Assembly (NCBI GenBank): GCA_036844485.1
Contig: DAIUFS010000005.1
Location: 4,825-64,697 of the forward strand
Reading direction: 5' to 3'
Length of the DNA: 59,873 nt
From: Candidatus Dormiibacterota bacterium
Lineage (GTDB): Bacteria; Chloroflexota; Dormibacteria; Aeolococcales; Aeolococcaceae
Below the pieces are notes generated by a model that ran no database searches, had not been told where the DNA came from, and saw only the letters and a program-made list of their open reading frames with translations. Positions within the stretch are counted from its first letter, which is position 1. The number at the start of each line of letters is the position of its first letter. Below are positions 8,875 through 17,278 of the stretch, piece by piece. The position numbers were made by a program, and so were the translations under genes.

Positions 8875-9762
8875 TCAGGGCGTCCGCTGCCGAGCGCGTG
8901 AGCGGCGCACCGCCGCGCGGAGCGGCGCCGTCATTCGCCAGCTTCGGGACTGGGTCAGGCTCTCCAGCCTCGACTCGGCGCGTTGCAGCAGGTCACGCAG
9001 CTCGCTGAGCTCCTCGCCGCTCCCCTCCGGAATTCGCGGCACCACCGGTGGCTGCGTGGCGATGCCCTTGGCGAACACGAAGATGAACTCCCCGTCGTCG
9101 TCTCCGTAGCAGGGGATAAATTCCAGCGGCTCGAGGGACAGGTCACCCTCCTTGCAAGCCGCCACCAGGAACTCAAGGAACGTGTCCGGCCTGAAGACGT
9201 GGAAATGGATGCTGTAGTCGAGCTCCATCAGCTCGCGCACCCGCGCCGCCATGCCGGCGGCGTCCAGCTTGGGCATGCCGGCGACGTGCGCCTCGACGTT
9301 GTGCACCCAGTCGCGAAAGTGCTCTTCGCGGGCGGCGTCGGGCCCGTTGCGATACTCGTCAACGACGTGGGCGATCGGCGTGATATCGCGGAACCTGTCG
9401 AAGCTCACACGTGGCTCGGGCAGCGCGACGTAGAGAACGCCGCCCGGACGCAGGACCCGCACCATCTCCTTCAACCCTCGTATGGGATTGTCGAGATGTT
9501 CGATCAGATGATTGGCGATCACGAAGTCGAGGGAGCCGTCCGGGATGGCGCTGAGATCGTGCGCGTCTCCGATGATCGACACCGGTGCGAGGTTCTCGTT
9601 GGCGAGCTCGGGATAGTGTCGCCGGAGCTCTTCGCTCCGCATGCGATCGACGTAGCGCACGTCAACGTCCGGTGGCAGGTGCAGCGGCTCGTGAAGGGCG
9701 CCGATCTCTATCCCGGACCCGCTCACCCACCGCGCCGCGCGCCAGCGTTTCCCCGCTTTCAT
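8875..9762 (-). CDS. Class I SAM-dependent methyltransferase with C-terminal coiled coil
   Basis: 'GIEIGAL', 'SLDFVIANHLIEH', 'VLRPGGVL'; C-terminal 'ESLTQSRSWRMTAPLR'. Confidence 0.85.
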   Translation of the reverse strand: MKAGKRWRAARWVSGSGIEIGALHEPLHLPPDVDVRYVDRMRSEELRRHYPELANENLAPVSIIGDAHDLSAIPDGSLDFVIANHLIEHLDNPIRGLKEMVRVLRPGGVLYVALPEPRVSFDRFRDITPIAHVVDEYRNGPDAAREEHFRDWVHNVEAHVAGMPKLDAAGMAARVRELMELDYSIHFHVFRPDTFLEFLVAACKEGDLSLEPLEFIPCYGDDDGEFIFVFAKGIATQPPVVPRIPEGSGEELSELRDLLQRAESRLESLTQSRSWRMTAPLRAAVRRSRARQRTP

Positions 9763-9951
9763 TGACGGCCCCGATCCCTCCCAGCACTGATGGTCGGCGA
9801 TGCTAACACCGGGTGCCCGGCCTACTCGACAGCTTGGAAGGGCGGCGGTCGCCGGGGCATGGCCGCACTGGCCGGGCACGGCAACCTCGACGGTCAGAAC
9901 CCTATGGGACGGCTCTGACGCGGTGGGCTCAGGGGAACGCCCAGACTCCGA

Positions 9952-10431
9952 TCAGCCGTCGTGCTGGGGTTCCCCCGCAGTGACCAGCTCGCCGTTGGCC
10001 TCGCCGACGCCGGCGGATTCCCCGGGCCTCGGCTCCTCGCTGTCGTCGAGGTCCTTGCCGCCGCTCATGTTGATGCTCCCGTTGAGAGTGGCGCCGTCAT
10101 CGACCTTGAGACGTGCGGCGGAGGCGTCACCGTGAAGACTGCCGGAGCCGCTCAGCGAGAGGCGCCTGCTGCTGGTGACGTTCCCCTTGACCTGTCCGCG
10201 AATGTCGATGTTGCGACCCTCGATGGCGGCCACCACCGTCGCGGACGCCTCGACGATCACGTCGCCGGCCGCAAAGATCTCACCCTCCACTGCACCGCCA
10301 ATGGTGACGCCGCTGTCGGTGCGCAATGTCCCATTCAGGGAATCATTGGGTCCGAGCACGATGGGGCCGCCGGTGCCGCCGGCGTTGCCGCGCTGGCGCC
10401 CGGCACGGATGCCCGGGGTCTCAATAGCCAT
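9952..10431 (-). CDS. Bactofilin (polymer-forming cytoskeletal protein, CcmA/DUF583)
   Basis: Beta-helix repeats 'IVLGPNDSLNGTLRTDSGVTIGGAVEGEI...IRGQVKGNV...LKVDDGATLNGSINM'. Confidence 0.93.
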   Translation of the reverse strand: MAIETPGIRAGRQRGNAGGTGGPIVLGPNDSLNGTLRTDSGVTIGGAVEGEIFAAGDVIVEASATVVAAIEGRNIDIRGQVKGNVTSSRRLSLSGSGSLHGDASAARLKVDDGATLNGSINMSGGKDLDDSEEPRPGESAGVGEANGELVTAGEPQHDG

Positions 10432-10538
10432 CTTTCACCACTCCCAGCGTGAGCACGGCTCGAGTGAGGGGTGCTCTCCTGCCCAACCGCTACGATTCTA
10501 GCGCTCCTCGCTCCTGGAGGATCGCACGGAGTGTGACG

Positions 10539-11519
10539 ATGGGCAGCCCGAGTTCGCGCGAGACCGCTGGCTATGACCGCGCGCTCACCGGCTTCCTGCA
10601 TACGCTCGCCGACCATGACGACCAGTGGGAGGGGGGGCTTCATCGGGAGGTTGCCACCCGCCTGGTGGACCTCACCGGCGCCGAGGCCGGCGAAGCGTGC
10701 CTCGATATCGGAGGCAGTGCGGGGATCGTCACCACCGCCCTGAGTAGAGCGGTGGGGCCTGATGGGTGGGTGGTCACCACCGACATCAGCGAGCCTTCTA
10801 TCGAGGTCGCGCGCTCCCGAGCGACCGGTCACACCCATCTCGTGAAGATGACCGCGGACGACGTGATCTTTCGCGACCACACCTTCGACGTGGTGGTGCT
10901 GTCTCGGTCGATTACCCACGAGGCCGATCCGCACTCGGTCATCGCCGAAGCCAGCCGCGCCCTCAAGCTGGGTGGACGGCTGGCCTTGTTCTGCCGCCGA
11001 CGCAGCCTGGCCACTCCCGCCGAGCAGGCGTTCCTCGATGAGCTGGCGGTGTTCGTGCAACACCACCCGGTCAATCTGCCCCATCAGTTCCTGGGGTACC
11101 CAGGGTTGGCCGATCGAACAGAGGTGGAAGGGGCGCTGATGGCTGCGGGATTCGACAAGGTCACCTTTGGCGACGTGGTGACCGGTGGACGGGCGGACGA
11201 CTCGGCCTCGTGGAACCGCGAAATGATGCGCTGCTGGCCGGCGGCCGCCATCCTCCTCCGCGGGCTGGGTGCCACCAAGCGTCTGCAGTTCGAGGGGCAG
11301 ATCGAGCGAATCATGGCAACGCTGGGCGACGAGGCCTTCCGCTATCACCATCCCTACCTCCTGGCGACCGGGATCAAGATACGGGATCAGCCGTCAGCCG
11401 TCGCGGTGGTGCTGCCCGGCGGGACGAGAGCCCTGCCACTGGGAAACCGGCATCGCGGCGGTGGCGAGGGTGATCCCCACGAGGAAAGCGACAGTCGTGA
11501 CAACCACGCGACGGCGTGA
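10539..11519 (+). CDS. Class I SAM-dependent methyltransferase (UbiE-like)
   Basis: 'ACLDIGGSAG', 'VVTTDISEPSIEVAR', 'TFDVVV', 'RALKLGGRL'; the C-terminal tail overlaps a convergent gene. Confidence 0.8.
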   Translation: MGSPSSRETAGYDRALTGFLHTLADHDDQWEGGLHREVATRLVDLTGAEAGEACLDIGGSAGIVTTALSRAVGPDGWVVTTDISEPSIEVARSRATGHTHLVKMTADDVIFRDHTFDVVVLSRSITHEADPHSVIAEASRALKLGGRLALFCRRRSLATPAEQAFLDELAVFVQHHPVNLPHQFLGYPGLADRTEVEGALMAAGFDKVTFGDVVTGGRADDSASWNREMMRCWPAAAILLRGLGATKRLQFEGQIERIMATLGDEAFRYHHPYLLATGIKIRDQPSAVAVVLPGGTRALPLGNRHRGGGEGDPHEESDSRDNHATA

Positions 11520-12134
11520 GCCGGGAACGCGCGCCGGGGTGGCCACCCGCGACGGCGCCACATCGGCCGCAACCTCGGCGGGCGTGTCCCAGAGATGGGC
11601 CAGCAGGTGCAGGCCGAGGGCGCCTGTGAAGATGATGGCCGCGCCATTGTGGATGGTGCTCCACGGCCCGAAGCGATTCGCGCCGAGCAGCATCTCGACC
11701 CCACTGAGGAAGAGCACCACTGTCGACAGCACCAGGATCGGCGCGGTGATGCGCGGCATGGGATGCGGTGGGCCATCCTCACGGAACCCTCGGTCGCCAC
11801 GGTAGTACCGCACCGCGCGCCAGCCCGTGCCGGCAAGTTTGAGGACCAGCAGAGGAATGAGCAGCAGGCCGCTGAAGTAGTGCACCCGCCACAACACATC
11901 GAGGTTCAGCGCCGTCGCGTACGGCACCGGAAGCAGCACAAGAAGAGCCAGTCCCGTCATCGCCACCAGGCGCGCGTTGGCCGCCCTCGCGTGGCGCGGA
12001 CGGTGCGCCGCGAACGGTCGCACCCCGTAGAAAGCGAGCAGGTCCACCGCCGCCTGCGTCAGCGGATCCGCTGGCGTGCCCCCACCTCCGCCTGGTCGGC
12101 CGGGGCGAGGTGATCCCTTCCATCCCTGTGGCAT
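11394..12134 (-). CDS. Membrane protein with His-bearing TM helices (cytochrome b-like)
   Basis: 'NARLVAMTG', 'RVHYFSG', 'LKLAGTGWRAVRYY', 'GPPHPMPR', 'IHNG', 'LHLLAH'; start uncertain. Confidence 0.65.
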   Translation of the reverse strand: MPQGWKGSPRPGRPGGGGGTPADPLTQAAVDLLAFYGVRPFAAHRPRHARAANARLVAMTGLALLVLLPVPYATALNLDVLWRVHYFSGLLLIPLLVLKLAGTGWRAVRYYRGDRGFREDGPPHPMPRITAPILVLSTVVLFLSGVEMLLGANRFGPWSTIHNGAAIIFTGALGLHLLAHLWDTPAEVAADVAPSRVATPARVPGSRRRVVVTTVAFLVGITLATAAMPVSQWQGSRPAGQHHRDG

Positions 12135-12518
12135 GTGGGCACTCTACCCAGCCAATCTTGGAGTCCCCTGGGAAGGCATGCTCGGCAGGAAGCACCACGG
12201 ACTGACCGCTCGTCCTGATCACGGCCATCGAAGGCGCTGCGGGCGAGCCGGCGCACCCCAATAGGCCATCCGTCACTCCATCGTTCGGGTGATGTGGTCT
12301 CACGCCCCCGCGTACCAGGTCCCGCCCTCCGATCTGATGTGGCCGCCACGACTCCGTCATTCCGCCTTTACAAGTGGTCACTGGACCGTGAGCGAAAGGT
12401 GGCGAGCATCGCATCCCCAGCCGCCAAGGTGTGACGAACCGCTCCTTCGGCGGCCCAGGAGGCCAAGCAGATCTTTCTTCCGTTCCAACGTGTCACCACT
12501 CGGGTTGGTGGCGTTCTG

Positions 12519-15278
12519 GTGGCACCGGGTATAGTTCTGGCCATACTTGGCGCGTCGATGACGCTGTCTCCAGGGACGGTGCACGCGTTCGGCAAGGTCG
12601 CCTACAGCCAGGTGCCCGAATCGCTGATCGCCAGCGGGGCGGCGAGCCTACCCGTTGGCTACGGCAGCGGAAGCAACTTCTGTGCCAGCGTCTCAGGCAC
12701 TGTCAGCGTCAACGGGCGCCCGCAGACCATCACCGGCGCAAACCTTGTGGGCAGCGGCGGTGTATCTGCGCAGGTCGACAAGGTGTACGCGTGTAGGCCG
12801 GCCGAGGGTTACGCGTGGAGCAACGATGCCATCGAGGGCGATTTCCAGTGCACTGAGCTCAGCGTTCGCTATTTGTGGGACGTCTACGGGATCGGCGCCG
12901 TTGGCGTTCGTTCCGGGTACTCATTGGTGTCCGACGTCAAGGCACAATTCCCCAACATTCAAGTCGGTACGCCCGGTCCGCGCAACCTTCCCCTTCCAGG
13001 TGACGTGCTCAGTATGGGTGGAGGAGCCGCCTCACCCAATGCAAACCCCAACGGCCATACGGCTGTCGTCACCTCCGTCAATGTCGATACCAATCCGCTG
13101 AGCCCCACGTATGGCAACGGAACCATCACCGAGGTCGAGGAGAACGGCAGCAGCACGGGATGGGATCAGCTCACCGTCTCGAACTGGTCGATCTACTTTG
13201 GCGACCCCAGCACGGTCAACCAGCCGATGAACTACTACTACCCGGACATCTCCTGGCTCGAGATGTCGACGGCGGGGACCCCGCCGGCGTTCACCGCTGC
13301 GAACCCTCCTGCAGTCGTCACCGCCGGGATGTCGCCGACGTACACATTCGCTGCCAGCGGCGACCCCCTGCCGGTGTTCGCAGTCCAGAGCGGCGCCCTG
13401 CCCCTCGGTCTCCAGCTCAACACGGCCGGCGTCCTGACCGGCGCCGCTACCACCGCTGGTGCCTCGTCCTTCTCGGTCGCAGCCAGCAACCGCGCGGGAT
13501 CAGCGGTCACCCCCAAGCTCACCATCGTCACGCCGGCGGCCCAGCTCCATGCGGACGTCAACGGTGACGGGAAATCTGATCTCATCGCGGTCAGCGACAC
13601 AACGACGTCTGTGATGCTCTCCAACGGGCCGGGCTTTGGTCCCGCCACATATTGGTCGACAACGCCCTTCTACGGCTCGCGTGGGACATTCGCCGCCGAC
13701 GTCAACGGCGATGGCAAATCCGATCTGGTTACCGTCGACGAGACCGCCACCTGGGTGATGCCGTCGACGGGATCGAACTTTGCTGCGCCACAGAAATGGT
13801 CCTCCACCCCCTTCTACGGGTCGCGGGGCACTTTCCTGGCTGATGTCAACGGGGACGGCCGCACCGACCTGGTCGCTGTCAACGACACCTCAACCTGGGC
13901 GATGCTCTCGACGGGGTCTGGATTTGGTCCACCGCAGCTCTGGTCGACGACGGCCTTCTACGGCACGAAGGCGACCTTCCTGGGCGATGTCAACGGAGAC
14001 GGCAAGTCCGATCTGGTCGCCGTGGACGATACGGCCACATGGGTGATGCTCGCGACGGGCTCCGGGTTCGGTACGCCGCAGCAATGGTCGGCGACTCCGT
14101 CTTCTGGCACCCGCGGCACCTTCCTTGCCGATGTCAATGGAGATGGCAAGTCCGACCTGGTCGCGGTCAACGACACCAGCACGTCGGTGATGTTTGCGCT
14201 CGGCACCGGTTTTGGGCCGCCGGTAAGGTGGTCATCGGACAGCTTCTATGGCAGCAGAGCCACATTCATGGCTGACGTCAGCGGCGGTGGCAAGGCGGAT
14301 CTCGTTGCCGTCAACGACAATTCAACCTGGGTGATGCTGTCAATGGACTCGCGCTTTGGCCCCGCTCAAACCTGGACGTCGACGCCTTTCTTCGGCTCGC
14401 AGGCGACGCTGTCCGGCGACGTCAACGGCGACGGCAGGTCGGATCTGGTTGCCGTCAACGGCAATTCAACCTGGGTGATGCTGTCCACGCCGTCGGGATA
14501 CGCTGCACCGGCCCTCTGGTCATCGACCCCGTTCTACGGCACGAGGGGCACCTTCCTGGCCGACGTCAACGGCGACGGCAAGGCTGACCTGATTGCCGTG
14601 AACGACAATTCCACGTGGGTCATGCTGTCCAATGGGCTCGGCTACGGGCCCCCCCAGCAGTACTCCTCCGGCCCGTTCTACGGTTCCAGGCACACGTTCC
14701 TCGCGGATCTCAACCATGACGGCAAAGCTGACCTCGTCGCCGTCGACGACGCCTCGACCCGGGTGATGCTGTCCACCGGGACCGCCTTCGCGCTGCCAAC
14801 GGTGTGGTCGCAGAGTCCGTTCTACGGCACGAGGGGCACCTTTCTGGCCGACGTCAACGGCGACGGCAAGGCTGATCTGGTGGCGGTCAACGACAGCTCG
14901 ACATGGGTGATGGCGTCGACCGGCACAGGCTTCGGTCCGCCGACCGCATGGTCTTCCACCCCCTTCTACGGCGCGCGAGCGACACTGCTCGCGGACGTGA
15001 ACGGAGATGGCAGGGCCGACTTGGTCGCTGTCAACGCCACGAGTACGTGGGTGATGCTGTCCAGCGGTGCTGGGTTCGGCGCGCCGAGGCTCTGGTCGAC
15101 TAGCGGCACCACTGGTTCGCTAGGAACGTTCGCGGCGGATGTCAACGGCGACGGTTTGATGGATCTGGTGAGCGTCAACCCTCACGGTACCATCGTGACC
15201 CCGGCAACGAGCCCGTCGTTTGACCCCCCAACCGGCTGGTCGGCGCGGCCATTCACGGGTACAAAAGCGATCCTTTAG
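12519..15278 (+). CDS. Secreted CHAP-like amidase + putative Ig domain + 12 FG-GAP/VCBS-like repeats
   Basis: Signal peptide; 'FQCTEL...PGDVL...GHTAVV...VEEN' (Cys-His-Glu); He_PIG-like 'GALPLGLQLNTAGVLTG'; DVNGDGxxDL repeats. Confidence 0.85.
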   Translation: MAPGIVLAILGASMTLSPGTVHAFGKVAYSQVPESLIASGAASLPVGYGSGSNFCASVSGTVSVNGRPQTITGANLVGSGGVSAQVDKVYACRPAEGYAWSNDAIEGDFQCTELSVRYLWDVYGIGAVGVRSGYSLVSDVKAQFPNIQVGTPGPRNLPLPGDVLSMGGGAASPNANPNGHTAVVTSVNVDTNPLSPTYGNGTITEVEENGSSTGWDQLTVSNWSIYFGDPSTVNQPMNYYYPDISWLEMSTAGTPPAFTAANPPAVVTAGMSPTYTFAASGDPLPVFAVQSGALPLGLQLNTAGVLTGAATTAGASSFSVAASNRAGSAVTPKLTIVTPAAQLHADVNGDGKSDLIAVSDTTTSVMLSNGPGFGPATYWSTTPFYGSRGTFAADVNGDGKSDLVTVDETATWVMPSTGSNFAAPQKWSSTPFYGSRGTFLADVNGDGRTDLVAVNDTSTWAMLSTGSGFGPPQLWSTTAFYGTKATFLGDVNGDGKSDLVAVDDTATWVMLATGSGFGTPQQWSATPSSGTRGTFLADVNGDGKSDLVAVNDTSTSVMFALGTGFGPPVRWSSDSFYGSRATFMADVSGGGKADLVAVNDNSTWVMLSMDSRFGPAQTWTSTPFFGSQATLSGDVNGDGRSDLVAVNGNSTWVMLSTPSGYAAPALWSSTPFYGTRGTFLADVNGDGKADLIAVNDNSTWVMLSNGLGYGPPQQYSSGPFYGSRHTFLADLNHDGKADLVAVDDASTRVMLSTGTAFALPTVWSQSPFYGTRGTFLADVNGDGKADLVAVNDSSTWVMASTGTGFGPPTAWSSTPFYGARATLLADVNGDGRADLVAVNATSTWVMLSSGAGFGAPRLWSTSGTTGSLGTFAADVNGDGLMDLVSVNPHGTIVTPATSPSFDPPTGWSARPFTGTKAIL
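13551..15278 (+). repeat. Twelve tandem 144-nt (48-aa) intragenic repeats
   Basis: Repeat starts at 13551 and 13695 are 144 nt apart; 12x144 ends exactly at the stop codon; consensus FLADVNGDGKxDLVAVNDxSTWVMLSTGxGFGPPxxWSSTPFYGxRxT. Confidence 0.95.
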
Positions 15279-17278
15279 CGCGTACGAGGCGTGAGAGCCC
15301 TAAAGAGCTCGGCGTATGACTCACCGTAGTTCTGCTGCCAATGTGCTCCTAGAATAGTGTCACGCGCGCTTTCGCCCGCGGCCCTCCGTGCGTCGGATGG
15401 CAGCGCTAGGAGCCTGTGCATCGCCGCGACGAGTGCGTCCATGTCGCGCGGCGCGAACAACCAGCCGTTATCGCCGTCCTCAATAAGCTCCGGAATTCCA
15501 AATACATCGGCCGATAGAACCGGGACGCGGAATGCCATCGCTTCGAGCATGGAACGGGGGAGGGACTCAATGTCGGAGGCGGAAACGAGGACGTCGGACA
15601 ACGCGTACCAGTCCCAGATATCGGTCGTGGTCGGGACGAGGCGGAGGCGCGACCCCACCCCGGCTGCGTTGGCCAACTCCCGAAGCGCTTCGGAGTACGA
15701 CTGGGATGCGCTCCCCAATAGGACGAGCATGACATCCGGGTGCTCCGATCCGACCTCGACGAAAGCCTCCGCTAGTCCGGGAATGGACTTTCGCTTATCG
15801 TCAGGCTGCCCGACTGCCAGCAGCACTGTAGCCTGCGCTGAAATGTCGTGTGCTCGTCGCGCTGCATCCCTGTCGAAGGTGCTCGCAAACGCATCGATAG
15901 CTTTGACATTGACCCCGTACGGGATCATCAAACGCCGATCAGAATCTGCGTACCTCGCGAAGAGGTCACTCGTCGCACGAGCCTCGAAGACCAATCGGGT
16001 CGCCCCGGCGAGGCAGTTCTTCATGCGTTCGCGGATGTACGGATCCCAGCCATCTTGACCGTAAAATACATTGAGCCAAGCCTCGACGGCGTAGCTCTCG
16101 TGGATGGCCCAGACGGTGGGAATCCCGAGCCGCTCCGCTGCATCCGCTGCTGGCAGCTCGGCGAGAGTGTTCACCAGCACGAGGCCGGCGCCTGTGCCTC
16201 GTATGATCATCGAGAGCTCGCGCACCTGGCCCTCGTAGCTCGCCGCATCCCGGGGTGGGGTGCGGCCGGAAACGATAACGTCGATGCCCAGTTGTTCGAG
16301 CTCAGCACGCAACACCCCACCGGAAGGCGAAACCACGGTGCAGGAGCCGAGTGTCGGCGCCAGCTGTCTGAGCAGCTCCTGAAGGTACAGCTGGCCGCCA
16401 CCGAGACTGAGTTGGTGAGTGAAAACCATCACTCGGGAACCACTCTGCTGGGGCCACCCCGGGACGGATTGAACGGCATGCACCGTCCGCAACCGCGAGA
16501 CCCTGCTCCATTCAGCCTCGGTGGCCGAGCTCATGTTCGGTGAGAGGCGAACCGAGCGTGGCTTGCTGCGAACGGATGTCCCGTTCCCTGCACTGGCGAC
16601 GACGACAACCTCGCGCCCTTCGCCTCCCTGGGCATCGACGGGCTCGGAGTACTCGAAGCCCGCGAAGGGGCCAAAGCGTTCCTTCGCAGCCTCGACGTCG
16701 AACCGCGGCAGGCGTAGACGAGCGCGTCCAGCCACGCAACCGTCGACCTCCACGTCCACGCGTGAGGGGTAGCGACCCTCAACGAGGGCGACACCGCGCA
16801 CGGTGAGGAGGCCATCGGAGATCACCTGGCCATCGGCGGGGCTGTCGAGCAGGACACCCGACCCGATCAAACGGAGAGTTCGATCGAACAGTGTCGCCAC
16901 CTCCCCATGCCGGCCCGTTGCCACCACCTGTACGGAGACGTCCAGGTCGGGCCAGGCGGCGAGGTCGACGGTGCAGCTCCAGCCACAGTCGGATGAGGCC
17001 TCAGGCTCGTTCAGATTCTCGGGGACGTCGGGCCGGGAGAGGCCCAGCTGCGCGGCAAGCCGCTTCTGCCCACCCACGATGATCTCGACCCTGGCCGGGG
17101 TGTCCGACCCGTCGAGCGCCCAGCCGCGGAAGTCGACGAGGAGCGCCCGCCACACCTCGTCGTCGGTGGGCTCGTCGACAACACCTCGGACCGATGCGAG
17201 CTCAGTCGATCGCTGGCGAATGCGGCGGCCGAGCTCGCGAGCCCGACGGATCGGCGCCCGAACAAGTTCAGTTCTCAT
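15275..17278 (-). CDS. GT4-family glycosyltransferase with two N-terminal Ig-like modules
   Basis: 'LSLGGGQLYL', 'VWAIHE', E-x7-E motif 'ESLPRSMLEAMA', 'GIPELIEDGDNGWL'. Confidence 0.9.
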   Translation of the reverse strand: MRTELVRAPIRRARELGRRIRQRSTELASVRGVVDEPTDDEVWRALLVDFRGWALDGSDTPARVEIIVGGQKRLAAQLGLSRPDVPENLNEPEASSDCGWSCTVDLAAWPDLDVSVQVVATGRHGEVATLFDRTLRLIGSGVLLDSPADGQVISDGLLTVRGVALVEGRYPSRVDVEVDGCVAGRARLRLPRFDVEAAKERFGPFAGFEYSEPVDAQGGEGREVVVVASAGNGTSVRSKPRSVRLSPNMSSATEAEWSRVSRLRTVHAVQSVPGWPQQSGSRVMVFTHQLSLGGGQLYLQELLRQLAPTLGSCTVVSPSGGVLRAELEQLGIDVIVSGRTPPRDAASYEGQVRELSMIIRGTGAGLVLVNTLAELPAADAAERLGIPTVWAIHESYAVEAWLNVFYGQDGWDPYIRERMKNCLAGATRLVFEARATSDLFARYADSDRRLMIPYGVNVKAIDAFASTFDRDAARRAHDISAQATVLLAVGQPDDKRKSIPGLAEAFVEVGSEHPDVMLVLLGSASQSYSEALRELANAAGVGSRLRLVPTTTDIWDWYALSDVLVSASDIESLPRSMLEAMAFRVPVLSADVFGIPELIEDGDNGWLFAPRDMDALVAAMHRLLALPSDARRAAGESARDTILGAHWQQNYGESYAELFRALTPRTR

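Noticed and set aside
12093-12110. TGGTCGGccGGGG as an attL/attR copy of the tRNA-Pro 3' end
   Set aside because: Only 7 contiguous matches (also at 9791), expected by chance in GC-rich DNA; no integrase
12134-12519. c-di-AMP (ydaO) riboswitch or small ORFs upstream of the CHAP gene
   Set aside because: No ydaO consensus elements seen; the short ORFs lack an SD or motif support
13551-15278. CRISPR array or DNA-level tandem repeat element
   Set aside because: The 144-nt period is in frame with synonymous divergence, so these are protein repeats, not repeat-spacer units
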